Shown here one piece after another: positions 27,176 to 39,399 of a stretch of 64,000 nt of DNA. A program made the position numbers and the translations under genes. The notes beneath the pieces are model-generated. The model searched no databases. It was given only the letters and a program-made list of their open reading frames with translations, and had not been told where the DNA came from. Position 1 is the first letter of the stretch. Each line of letters opens with the position of its first letter. Source of the stretch: Eledone cirrhosa (Eukaryota); NCBI GenBank assembly GCA_964016885.1, contig OZ024741.1, positions 225,618,001 through 225,682,000 on the forward strand. The letters run 5' to 3'.

Positions 27176-27322
27176 CTCATCAAAGTCAAAAATTATTTCG
27201 TTCAAAACACGTAGACATTCTACTCCTTGGTTGTTGGCATCAAGTTCCATATAGAATTCGGAGAAATTAGACACCGAGGCAAAAAACACACCCACTCTAT
27301 TGTATTGCTGACTATACAATTC
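27176..27322 (-). CDS. ADCY: Adenylate cyclase exon ([49 protein letters not shown])
   Basis: Canonical C2 start ELY..Y..VGV.FAS..NF.EFY.E...N..G.ECLR.LNEII.DFDE. ttttgcag acceptor and gtaat donor; 147 bp. Confidence 0.97.
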
Positions 27323-27829
27323 CTGCAAAATAGTAGTAAAGGAAGGATAAAGAGAAACGAATAAAGATTTAGATTTGGATAAAATCATTTATCTTTTGAA
27401 ATAATTCATGTATCAATTGAAGTAAAATAAGAAAGAAATTAAAAAAAAAACGAGAAAAAAAAACGAAACTGGTTTTGTTATAAGCAATATAGTAGAAACC
27501 TTCTAGATTCACTTTCTCATGTTATGAAAGGGGCTATGTAACAGTGACATTCTATAAGTGGGAAATACAACAATATACTATATGAATATCATTCATGAAT
27601 GTGTTTCGTATTTTTCTTTAAGTTTTAGTTACTCGTTTATTGTTCATTATATTGTTAGATTATCTGTCTTTATAAAACGGACAATAAAGATTGCAGGATG
27701 ATATAATGCAGCTAATGATAGGGTTGTGACATGTAAAGTGCCTTTGAAAAGTATATATACATGATGAATATCATCATCGCTTTTACTTATGATACTGGAA
27801 TTTTGTCATCTTATCTACTAACTGTGGTC

Positions 27830-28010
27830 TGATAATATTACTCTGAGGTCCCTTCGATTCTAGGCTTTGTTTCAACATCTTGAATCGTTTTTCTAGATCC
27901 ACCACAGATTCAACAATAAGTATTAAGTATTTAGAAAACAGAATATTCCAGAGATAACTGTTCTTAAACTCTACGATAATGCACCCTGGGAAGCACTGTC
28001 TATCGATACA
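27830..28010 (-). mobile_element. Decayed RTE-type RT fragment
   Basis: EFKNSYLWNILFSKYLILIVESVVDLEKRFKMLKQSLESKG resembles the (P)WELLYADDLVLIAES..EL..R...WK..LESKG motif. Confidence 0.5.
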
Positions 28011-28016
28011 GCAACC

Positions 28017-29130
28017 TTGATAGTGAAATCTCACTTAGGATTAGGAAAGCAAGTGATGCTTTCGGAAAGCTGGAAAGGAGACTCTGGAGTGGGCGAGACA
28101 TATGCAAGAAGACAAAGGTATAGGTATACAAGGCATGTGTGCTCTCTTTTCTTCTTTATGCCTGCGAGACCTGGGTCACATATTGACACCACCTTAAGCA
28201 ATTGGAGCGTTTCCATCAGATGTGTCTCAGACGGATCCATGGCGTTCACTGGAGGGTCCATATCAGTGATGTCGAGATTTTGGAAAGATCTATGTGTGAC
28301 AGTATAGAAGCTCTTGTGCTTAAGCAACGGCTCCGTTGGAGTGGTCACATTGCCAGGATGAAGGATTCTAGAATACCAAAACAACTCTTTTATGGAGAGT
28401 TAGTTAAAGGAAAACGACCGCCAAATAAACCAAAAAAGAGCTATAAGGATTCCTTGAAAGCCTCTTTGAAAGACGCTAACATCTCTGCTGATATATGGGA
28501 AAATATTGCTGCTGTTCGTAATAGATGGAGAAAGACTGTATATGAGGGAAAAGTTGCTTTGAGGCATCTCGAATCGCATACGAGAAAGTAAAGCGGGATG
28601 TGAGGAAGGGCATTGCTGTTGCACTTCCAGACGGCGAGGGTCCTCCTATGGTGCTGACATGCAGCATCTGTGCGGGACACTGCCTAAGCAAAGCTAGACT
28701 CGAAAGTCATGTTCGCAGTCATAAAGTAAGACCAGTGGTTGACTACCAGGCTGCTGTTGGAGATGTTACTCATCATGCTTGCCAAGCATGTGGTAGAGAA
28801 TGTAAATCTGCAGGAGGGCTCAAACGACATACAAAAGTACATGAACTCCAACCACAGCCGGCTATTCCCAGCGAATGTTTTGGTTGCCGACTCTGTGCAA
28901 GAAATTTTAGATCATTGGCTGGGCTAAAAAGCCACATTCGATTGCAGCGCTGTTAACTGCTATCGTGTGTGTGTGTATAGATATGTTTATGTGTGTGCGT
29001 GTGTGTGTATATATATATATATGTATATTATTATTTTTGTAATTATTATTATTATTGTTATTAATATATATATATATATTTTTTTTTCTCGTGCAATGGC
29101 AATACTCGATAACGACGGGGCAGCCATCAT
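28017..29130 (+). mobile_element. RTE (BovB-like) LINE 3' part with three C2H2 zinc fingers and an (ATGT)n tail
   Basis: LLYACETW, LERFHQMCLRRI, RLRWSGHIARM.DSRIPKQLFYGEL, then C..C..H..H x3 (third imperfect); 3' end gcaatactcgataacgacggggcagccatc-(atgt)n. Confidence 0.9.
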
Positions 29131-29257
29131 GTATGTATGTATGTTTGTATGTATGTATGTATGTATGTATGTATGTATGTATGTATGTATGTATGTATGT
29201 ATGTATGCATGTATGTATGTATTATTATATGTATGTATGCATTATGTATGTATGTAT

Positions 29258-30920
29258 GTTCTTCTGGTTTTATAATTTCACAAAATTTTACCAATAGATA
29301 GAGAGAGTCGGTTTCTAACATAGACACAAGACTCTCTCATTGGAATTTACACAACATCAACTAGGTAGATATGTATGCATGCATGTGTAGATGTGGATGT
29401 TATTGTATGTGTGGATGTGTATGTTTTGAGTTGTATGTGTGCATGTGTATATGCTTTGTATCTGTACATGTGTATATGCAGATAATATATGCAACATTTT
29501 TGGAATGTTTTACATATTTTTACTGTTCCATTAATGGATTGTACTTGTAATTTCCTAACTAGTTGTGTTCTTTCTGTTCCTATGAAGCCTAGCTTCTCAA
29601 GATTTGTATTGAGGCAGTTATTAACACACCCCAGTGCCCCAATAATCAAGGGCATACATCTGAAGGTGTTATCAGCGTGGAGTATATGCAGGTTTCTCAT
29701 CAGTTCTGCATAAATATTCTCCTTTTCACTAATCTTTGATATTATATTGGCATCTGCTGGGCAGCTAATTTCCACTACTGTGCATGCTTTCTTCTCCTTG
29801 TCCTATATCATAATATCTGGTCTGTTATGCCTGCATTTTATGGGTTTTTTTACTGGAACATTCCACCAGTACTCTTTCATATTATGTACATGGATGTCTT
29901 CCACATTGCTGTAGCTTTTAATGTGTTTATTATCGGGGCTATCTTTTTTACGAACTGCATTGCACAGTGCTTTGGCCACTACATCATGCCTCATAGGTAG
30001 ATAGTACCGCGATGACATCTTTGGGCAGCTGCTGATCACATGGATGATATCCCCGATGTTAGTTCTGCAGAGTCTGCACTTGCTATCACATCTAGGTGTT
30101 TTGCCTGCATCCCTATCTCTTTTGTGAATCAGGTATTTCGTGCTAATCTCCTGTTCTTGGATTGCAAAAGCGTATCCTTCAAAGTGGGAGCCAATATAAT
30201 GCGTGTTGGTCCAAGATAGACTACTTTCCTTATCTATATTACTCTCACTCTGGACTTCCTGGCAACATATCCATGCATGATTTTTTGCTGATAGGCATGC
30301 AGTTTTTCATCCATGGATTCGCTGTCATACTGCTTAGATACTTCCCTGGGTGTGAGATTTTGATTATCACACAGGGAATATCTCACGAGGACTTGCTTCC
30401 CAACTCTCATGATCTTATCTGTTTCATGCAGATAGACTTCCTCGAGAGACGGGCTCCTACGCTTCGAGATTCGGAGATGTTATCGGAGACATATGATGCG
30501 ACATTCAAATGCTGTCTGGACTGATGTTAGGCCTCTGCCTCCCTGTTTACGTTTCAAGTAAAGGCGGTCTATGTCACTGTTGATGTGGAAGTTTCCGGTA
30601 TTTAATATTTTTCGAGTTCCAACATCAATTGCTCGGATTTCGTCTATCGTCCAATCAAGTATTCCAAACGTCGGTGTTAGGACAGGCATATCAAACACAT
30701 TGTGAGCCACTGTTTTGTTTTGCGCAGAGAGTTCCGATGACCAAATCTTTCTTAATCGGGTATAGTATTCCCTGGTTACGCGTTCCTCATTACAGATACC
30801 ATTATAGGATATGTTCTCATCTATCCCAGGTATCTGTAGTAGTCCTCATCAGATATCGGTGAAACAGTTAGACCATTGATGACAATGTTGCTAGATTGGG
30901 TTGTTGTTTTTCCCCGCTTT
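29258..30920 (-). mobile_element. Dong/R4-clade LINE, 5'-truncated and disrupted
   Basis: RLYLKRKQGGRGL, FEGYAFAIQEQEI, CRLC..IIHVISSCP..RHD, NRPDI..VEISCP (PD-(D/E)xK RLE); (TATG)n on both sides. Confidence 0.9.
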
Positions 30921-30984
30921 TATGTATGTATGTATTATGTATGTATGTATGTATGTATGTATGTATGTATGTATGTATGTATGT

Positions 30985-31410
30985 AGAGGGAGACCCCGGG
31001 AGAGATGACCCCTTAGCCTTTGTCAAGGCAGAATTCTAGGAGCAGGAAAACTCTGATATAACACCTGCAACCCTGATGGTATCCAATGATGTTGAATTGT
31101 TCTTCTTTTTGGTAAATATCATCTAGGTTAAGAGAGTGGGACTGGCTTTGTGCAGTGCCTTTGCTCACTATAAAAGCTTCACGGCACAGGCATTGCTTTA
31201 TATCTGTAAATCTCTCTGCACTTGTCGTCACATGGTACCATGGGCCCAGCACTATGTGTCAATAATTGTCACAAGTGTAGTGTTTGTACCAGAGTTTTCA
31301 AGTCGCTGGCTGGACTAAAAAGTCATACTCGTTCAGCGCATCGGTAGGGGTTCTCCTACACGGATATAAAGTAGTGGCCGTACTCGAAAACGAGTTGGCA
31401 GCCACCATGT
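30985..31410 (+). mobile_element. Non-autonomous RTE derivative
   Basis: Highly similar to 43797-44131; ends in HKCSVCTRVFKSLAGLKSH and an RTE-type 3' end gcagccaccatgtatgt. Confidence 0.75.
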
Positions 31411-31736
31411 ATGTATGTATGCACGTATGTATGCACGTATGTATGTATGCACATATGTATGTATGCATGTATATATGTCAAGTCGCTCTCGACTGCTACT
31501 GGTAACACGTAACCCAGTACAACCTGCCTCATGCTCGGGTCGCCGACGACCTGACCATGGAACAGGTCGTACTGGGTTACATGTTACAGCATCATGTGGC
31601 TGGCCGTAGCATAAACTCTATAATCTGACAAGCGATTGCAATACTCCAGCAGAGTTTGCAGCCATCATGTATGTAAGTAGGTACACGGTGTATATGCATG
31701 TGTGTATTTACCATCATGATGAATAAGTGTACTTAC

Positions 31737-31856
31737 CATATGTGTGTTATTTTGGTGATCAATAAAATGAACCGCGACGTGAGCCGGTAAAAGATTGCAT
31801 AATATTTGGCGGTTATTTGTTTGTAGTTCTGTCATCTCTATTTTTTCCTCCGTTGC
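31737..31856 (-). CDS. ADCY: Adenylate cyclase exon (ATEEKIEMTELQTNNRQILCNLLPAHVAVHFIDHQNNTHM), not in the ORF track
   Basis: Helical linker with the N.LP.HVA.HF motif. ttatttttgtag acceptor and gtaagt donor; 120 bp, phase 0/0. Confidence 0.96.
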
Positions 31857-32083
31857 CTACAAAAATAACAGACAGAAAGTTTCAATAGTGACAGCCAATG
31901 TAAATATTTTGGTTTCTTTTTTTTGTGATTTAATCGGTAACTTTTGCAGTAGCTGCGGTGATATATTGCAAGGAAAGGTGGTGAAACAAGGGCGAAACGT
32001 ACATTTCAATGAACACACACTCACACATATATCTATATTGTTACCACAATATATGTATATATATTTCTTACTACAATATATAT

Positions 32084-32189
<106 letters not shown>

Positions 32190-32218
32190 TACCACAATAT
32201 ATATATATATTTAATACC

Positions 32219-32286
<68 letters not shown>

Positions 32287-32639
32287 TACAACCACACGCA
32301 CATATATATATTCACCAGATTTTCAAAATGTTTCAAGTATTAAACAGAATGTCCATCCTTTAACTATTGTCTGCCATGCAGTTGGCGCCTGAATATATTT
32401 AAATGTTGGAATAATTGTCTCTTTCTTCCTATCTATCTCACCCATATCTCAACGTCAACAAATATACAACTCTGTATATTTACATAAGAATTTCATTGCT
32501 AACAATCGGCGCATGCGTCAAAGTTATATTTCCACTAAAGATACCAAAAACAAGGTTGACACTGTCGAATTTATCAATTCATATGTTTTAAGCCTTTCAG
32601 GAATTTAACTAATCCTAGTAACTGCTACACAATTTTACC

Positions 32640-33380
32640 TCGTCACCAAATAGCGAAATGCCAAGGCAGCAGCACGTAAAAGAACAAACAGGACACGTGC
32701 CCCCTAAGGAGACCATTTGCTACCGAAAGCTGCCACATTTCAATGAGGAGACGACAGCTGCCATCAGACAAGCCATCCGGCCGGAAGGACTGAATATACA
32801 ACTGGCATATTCGGGACCCTTTTTGAGGAAACAGTTTCACAGACACCAACCTACATTCAGTGATTTATGCACACTTCCTAATTGTACCATCAACAACTTA
32901 AACATGTGCATGAGTGCATATGTAGTCAATAAGATCACGTGCAAAAATGTATCGCCTCATACGTAAGAAGTACCATAAGGTGACTACTCATACGGATCAA
33001 AGAACATGACAATGAGAGCCTCTTTCGTCACATAAAAAAAAATGACTTGACAAATGCCGCAACCAAGACATTGAGGTCACCATAGAAGTGAGTGATAGTA
33101 ATACGGGAAGTTAAAGAGTTAAGGTAGCCATTTTAATTAGCCGATTGAAGCCATAAATAAATCATAGGTCAGAAAGGTATGAGGCGGTATGGCTACTATA
33201 GGAGCCCAACGCATGCGCCTACATTTTCCAACTCATAGGACCAGTTACAGAAGAAAGCTCAAATCGTTCATTTGTTTCATCTTGGACTGTTTCAGCTCCG
33301 TAGCTGAACAGAGGGTGATAGCCCTGAAACATCATGCCATAATACACTGGGTAAAACATTACTTTGATTGATTGTTTCAT
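32640..33380 (+). mobile_element. Decayed PLE 3' fragment (GIY-YIG) with a degenerate hammerhead at ~33300-33340
   Basis: C.LPNC.I...C....VV.KITCK, ...IRIKEH remnant; ctgaacag-AGGG tgatag CCCT-gaaac. Confidence 0.6.
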
Positions 33381-34232
33381 TCACCATCATTTGCTCTTCG
33401 TATTTTTTATCGCATTGTACCAGTTTAAAAAAAAAAAAACTTATCGGTCGTTTACTACATATCTCAAAATGCTTGTTATTATCTGCAGTAATATATATAT
33501 ATATATCCAAAGACCCTGTTGAAAACGATATATAATTCTCCTCATCACCAAGCGATTAAAAAAAAAACTTATCCGAAGATTGAAGCGAAGGAAACAGGTG
33601 ATTTATCACTCTCTTGGATGTTTGCCTCTATAAGAATTGCTGCGTGTTGAATCGATAGGGATTCCGCCTATAACATAAGACAAATAGTATTTGTTCCGTC
33701 ACCAGCACCGAGGTATGTCCATAGCCAAGAAACGTTATATTTTAGTTATGTACTCTTAGTTGTAAATATCTATAAATAGGGACTGGAAGGAATTTCAATC
33801 TACTTCGTTTGAAATAAATATAATGGGATTGTATAGACCAATTAACTGTGAACAATTACCATGCGGAAGTACTGTTTGACTACATTAAAATTCTCTTTGT
33901 TATAAATAGGTAGCATGACAAAGTACGAATCATTAATATAATACTGAAAATAAGGCTGAAGAATGTAACCGCACAAACACATGCGGAGAATAGTTATTTT
34001 AATGAACGCCCATGTCGTTATAATTCTCCTTTCTAAGAGTGTTTACATTTTTAACATAGTTATTTTAGGGAACACCCATATCCTTAAAATGCTTATATAA
34101 AGGAATACGAAGATAGTTAAAATAGTTATTTTATGAGCGGCTCAATATACGTTTAAAGATTCCAACACTAGGAGGAATATAACTACTCTAAAGTAAACTA
34201 TATATAAAACATAGTATTATTTAATGAGTATT

Positions 34233-34420
34233 GGGCGGTGGATTGGCAGTATCGGTAGAGGGTCGGACGCCATGCTTTCCAGCATAGTTACGTCCCTTTA
34301 CGATCTGAGTTCAAATCCCGCCGAGGTTGACTTTGCCTTTCATCCTTACGGGTCGATAAAATAAAGTACCAGTAATGCACTGGGTAATTGCTGGCCTTGT
34401 GCCTAAAGTAGAAACAATTA
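34233..34420 (+). mobile_element. SINE family A (young copy)
   Basis: Nearly identical to 58687-58872 and 17612-17793. Confidence 0.9.
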
Positions 34421-34711
34421 TTTAATGAGTATTTGGCGTAAGTTATAGTGCGGAAGCCAAATCCAATAATAATTGTAATTTTTTCTTACATAAGGCCAGT
34501 AACTTAAGAGAGGGAAATGTTGACTGTATCGACCTCAGTACATAACTGGTACTTTACTGAAATTAGAATATAAAGAGCCGTAACTTAATACTACAAAGGA
34601 TTTTGTCCAATGCTCTAATAACTCTGCCAATCAACTACTTAAGTCACGCAATAACAACAACAATAATAATAACAACAACAATAATAATAACAGCAACAAT
34701 AATAATAATAA

Positions 34712-34897
34712 TGTTTCTACTTTTGACACAACGCCAACAATTACCTCAGTGCATTACTGGTACTTTAATTTATCGACCCCGTAAGGATGAAAGGCAACGT
34801 TAACCTCGGCGGGATTTGGTCTCAGAACGTAAAGGCCATAAGTCTATGCTGCAAAGCATGTTGTCTGACGCTCTACCGATACTGCCAATCCACCGCC
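34712..34897 (-). mobile_element. SINE family A
   Basis: Consensus match. Confidence 0.85.
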
Positions 34898-34931
<34 letters not shown>

Positions 34932-34933
34932 GC

Positions 34934-35002
<69 letters not shown>

Positions 35003-35020
35003 AATAATAATAATAATAAT
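34898..35020. repeat. (AAC)n(AAT)n tract at the 3' end of the Tx1 LINE
   Basis: Directly visible. Confidence 0.95.
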
Positions 35021-38000
35021 GTTTTCTTTATTAACCACAAGGGTTTACATAAAGTAGACATTAAGGACAGTACAGGACAACACAGGACGGTACAAATGGG
35101 CATTTCTGCGTGTAAAAGAAAACAGAGGATGTAATAAAAAATAACAATGAAAAATTCCCCAATAGGGGGGAGACTTCGGAGGGACATTTGTGGAGAAAGC
35201 CCAGTAAAAGGCCACCAAGGCAAGTGCCCTCTCCCAGTTTTCCACCTTTAATTTACAGACACATACTCAGAGTAGGCCCATTCACTCGTGCCATACTTGC
35301 TTCTCTCACCCATCTTTCAACAAAATGCTGGGAAGAGAGCACTTCCCTCTCTACCCTGATTTTCCTTTTCAAATGAAATTTGAAAAAGTTAATCAGGGCA
35401 TCACCGAAGAGGTAAGTGCTCGTCTTCAGCCCTTTCAAGCGTGTCCACCATACTATCTCTTTCGCCATGGTCACCAGACAGATAAAAACTGCCTGCCCTT
35501 CCCGGCTAAAGGAAGAGGGCGGGGCAATCCCCACAATGGACTCAGCTGATAGCTGGATCCGTCCTACACGTGACAGCAGGTGTTCGACATAAACCCACAA
35601 GTCAGCAATGCTCGGACACTGGATGAGTGCGTGCAGGACGGTTTCGTCGCCCTGCGCACATCTCGGACATGCCCGGCTGACGGCACCTCCATGCCTGTTG
35701 GGTTTATCCCGAACTGGCAAAGCTCCTCGGTAGCACTGCCAGGCCAGGGATTTCTGGAAGTTGTCCATAGGCCCCGGCCCGAAAGTCCTTCCGAAGAGAT
35801 TGGCTAGTTGATTTTCGTCGACGCCTAGATTTTCTCCAAGTACGCCGTCGCTCTTCTCCTCCACTAATCCTCTATAGAACGCCAAGGTGGAGTTTCCACC
35901 GATCACATTGCCCGATTGGTCGAGGGCTGTGAGCGCCTGAAGACATTCCAGTCTCCAAGCGCTCCCTCTCGGTCTTCGCATGACGCAGGACTGCAGCTCC
36001 GTCAAGGAGACGAGCTGGGAAAAGACGTGTCTAGCAAACGGCGACCACAGCTGATCACCGTCGAGGAAGAGGTGGAGATGTAGCCTGAGCGTGTGTCTGC
36101 GCATCATCAGCCACGGCATGCCCAGCCCTCCACGTAGCGGGTGTTGACAACAGATGGACCGCCTGACCATCGGAGCGCGTCCCTTCCACAAAAAGCGAAA
36201 GAGCAAACGCTCCAGCGCAGTCAGGCGGGGCTTAGGACAAGGTACGACGGTCAGGCGGTAGTAGATGACGGACGCGATGTACGCGTTAGCCACCTCCGCT
36301 CGACATTTCAGGGATAGCTTCCTCTACGCCCATTTCTGGGGGAAAGAAGCCACCCTGCTCGTCACCTCGTCCCAGTTTTTGTCCGGGAGGTCCGGACCGA
36401 ACCAGACCCTAAGCAATTTAACCGGTCCGTCCCTCCAGCGCCCGACGACGCTGTTGGACGGCATGGACCTGCCTCTCCAGGTAACGAGCTGCAGGCCCAC
36501 TGACTTTTCCTGGTTGATCATTGCTCCTGTCACCGCTTCGTATTCTCTTAGTGTAGTGCCGATCGCCTCGATGTGTTTGGCGTTCGACACCACTACGGTG
36601 ACATCGTCCGCATATGCTGACACGGATCTTCCGCATCCTAGTTCGCGCGGGACGCTCCTCAACGTCTCCAGTTTGTGCAGTAATGGATCGAGAGTCAATA
36701 CGTACAAGAGCGACGAGAGGGGGACATCCTTGGCGGACCGAGCGCATGATGTTGACGGTTCCGAAAGGTGACGGTTCACTCTCACCACAGAGAAGATGTC
36801 GCTGTGCATGGCAGCGATCCAGCCTCTGAAGACGGGCCCAAAGCCAGCCGCCCTCAGGACTGCCGCTAGGTAACGATGGTCGACCCTATCGAAAGCTTTC
36901 GACTGATCTAAATTGATCAAGGACCCACCCGTGCCAGGTTCCCTAGCTACCCTCTCTACGATGTATCGCATGAGGTGGAGGTTGTCGTGGATGGATCTGT
37001 CGGGAATGACGCATGTCTGCGCCTCTCCCACCAGACCACCAACTACAAGCGCCAACCTCTTGGCTAGCACCTTGGCCAAAATCTTGAACTCTGTGTTTAA
37101 CAAAGTTATGGTCCTAAAATTATCTATGTTATCCCCCTTGTTCCGATCCTTTCTCAGCAGCGCCACAGCTCCTCGGCTCACAGAGCTGGGAATTCTCCCG
37201 CACTGTTGCCAGTTGCAGTAGACGTCCGCCAAGAGGCCTCCGAACAAGTCTGGAATCTGTACGTAAAGTTCATAGGGCAGACCATCCAAACCAGGCGATT
37301 TACCCATTGTGCAGCCAGTCATTGCCTCCCGTACTTCAACGGCTGTTATCGGCATTTCGCAACACTCCGCCTCAGTGGCCGAGAGCCGCGGCAGTCCGTC
37401 GAGGTAGACACTAAAGTCTATCCCTCGACCCGGCCCGCGGCTGCCCCCAAACAGCTGTGCGAAGTGTCGCTGAAAAGCTTCACACATTTGCTTGGGATCA
37501 AGTAGCATGCGCCCGTCGTGGTCCACCAAAGACCGGATCGTGGCTTTGTTGCCACGACGCGCCTCCGCCACTCGGGCCCATTGAACGGCTTTCGTCCCCC
37601 CGTGTCTGAGAGCACGCACCCTAGCTCTGACAAGGCAGCCTACGTGCTTAGCATTGAAGAATTGGTCAAGGGCCAATTTCGCCGCAAGTACGTCGGTCGT
37701 GATGCCTTTGCTAAGCGCCTGGTCTAATTTTCTAACTAGTTCTTCCTCTGCTCTATTTTTCTCTATTGCTAAAGCCTTACTAAAACTAATGGATTCTATT
37801 CTAATCGCTCTTTTCAGAGCAAACCACCACTTGTTGTTGACGATGGCCCCCGTCAACACCCGCTTAACTATTTCGCTAATCCGGTCTCTGTAGGCCTTGC
37901 GCGCTGGTAAGGACGCGTTTAGCTCCAGTAGCCGGGTCCTCGTCTATGAAGCCTATCTAAGTCAAGCACACAGATCACGAATTTGTGGTCCGTGTAGCTG

Positions 38001-38040
38001 ACTATCTTGAATTGTGGACAGCCTATGCTAGACCTACCTA
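35021..38040 (-). mobile_element. Tx1/L1-clade LINE ORF2 (RT + C-terminal Cys motif), frameshifted and 5'-truncated
   Basis: KSPGLDGLPYE, NFRTITLLNTEFKI, LDQSKAFDRV, RSVRQGCP, AYADD, CPRC...ETVLHALIQC; aataaa before the tail. Confidence 0.93.
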
Positions 38041-38433
38041 TTTTTCCTAGCCATGTTTTTTTTTTGTTTAAAATAAATATTGGGCACAAAACTCCAATAA
38101 GCGGTTATTTAACCCCGAAGGGCCAAATAACGGGCAGAAAGACCCCTCTCCCGAGGAGGAGGGTGTTTTTGTCTACAAGTTGGTTAAAGTTTTAAACAAT
38201 TTACAATTGTTATAGCGGTCAAAATTTACAATACCTTACAGAGTCGAGCATCCGTCAACCATGGCATTCAATAATAATAATAATAATAATGATGATGATG
38301 GTGATGATGATAATGATGATGATGATGATAATGATCATAATGATGATGATGATAATGATGATGATGATAACAACAGTAAGAGCATAACAGATATGTAAAG
38401 ATACAAGTATGAAGAAAGTATAAATGTAGTTAC

Positions 38434-38554
38434 TTGAGTTTTCCAAAGAAAATCTAGTCTGTAGGTCCATTCCTGCTTTCTGCCATGTACGTAAAATGTG
38501 ATAATGAAGATAAGGAGGGAAACTATGCCAACTACGTCCGTTGGAATCACAGAA
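38434..38554 (-). CDS. ADCY: Adenylate cyclase exon (last TM helix + EWTYRLDFLWKTQ)
   Basis: Hydrophobic helix followed by E.T.RLDFLW. tttcttgcag acceptor and gtaact donor; 121 bp, phase 2 start matches the exon at 42605. Confidence 0.95.
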
Positions 38555-38639
38555 CTGCAAGAAATCAAGAACGTCATCATCATCATTATAAACAATAACA
38601 ACAATTGCAACAACAGATACAACAATGAATTATCCTCCG

Positions 38640-39360
38640 CTGTATTTGGAAAGGTTCGGGGCTCACCACAGCTTATATTAAACATCATGTTGACAAAACG
38701 ATAAAATCACCATTATGTAGCATGTGGGAAACAAAAGGAGAAATGGTCAGCCATATTCTAAGCCAATGTGTTAAGTTGGAACAACGAAAGTACAAACGAC
38801 GGCATCGTAATGTTGCCAGATATATCCATTTGATGATATCAGTGAAATGTGGGTTTGTCAGAGCAACTAAATGATACGAGCAGAGACCAGAAGGGGTTTT
38901 AGAAAATGACAAATTTAAGCTTTTGTTGGACTTCACCATTCAATGAGATAGGAGGATTGAGATAAGATGGCTAGACATTTTAGTTGTGAATAATAATTTA
39001 AAAAAAAGGTCCAAGTTATTTATATCTCTATCCCAGGTAATAGTAGAGTGAAGGATAAAGGGCATGAAAAGATGGAGAAGTAATTTCCACTGAAGGAGGA
39101 GGCTGGAAAGGTTTGTGGTTTGAAGAAGGTTTTAATGATTCCAGTGGTGATAGAGCATTGGGATGTATATCGGACAGTTTTGAAGACTGTGTAAATAGAA
39201 TCGGAATTGATGCAAGGTTACAGGTCATGCAGAAGACAGCACTTCTTGGTACAGCAGGGATTTTATGGACATTTTAAGGATGTAGTGAGGGACCTTTGTC
39301 AACTTGTTGTTGACTGCTACCTAGCTAAAATACCCAGATCGTTTAACATCAATGTGTCTG
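38640..39360 (+). mobile_element. Decayed Dong/R4 LINE 3' fragment
   Basis: C.KLEQRKYKRRH.NVA.YIH, PEGVLENDKFKLLLDFTIQ, MQKTALLGTAGIL remnants. Confidence 0.75.
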
Positions 39361-39399
39361 ATATTTAGTTGAATGAACCAGGTTCTGTCACCTCACGGG

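Noticed and set aside
34787-35223. Poly-Q/N/L protein
   Set aside because: (AAC)n tract between a SINE and a LINE tail.
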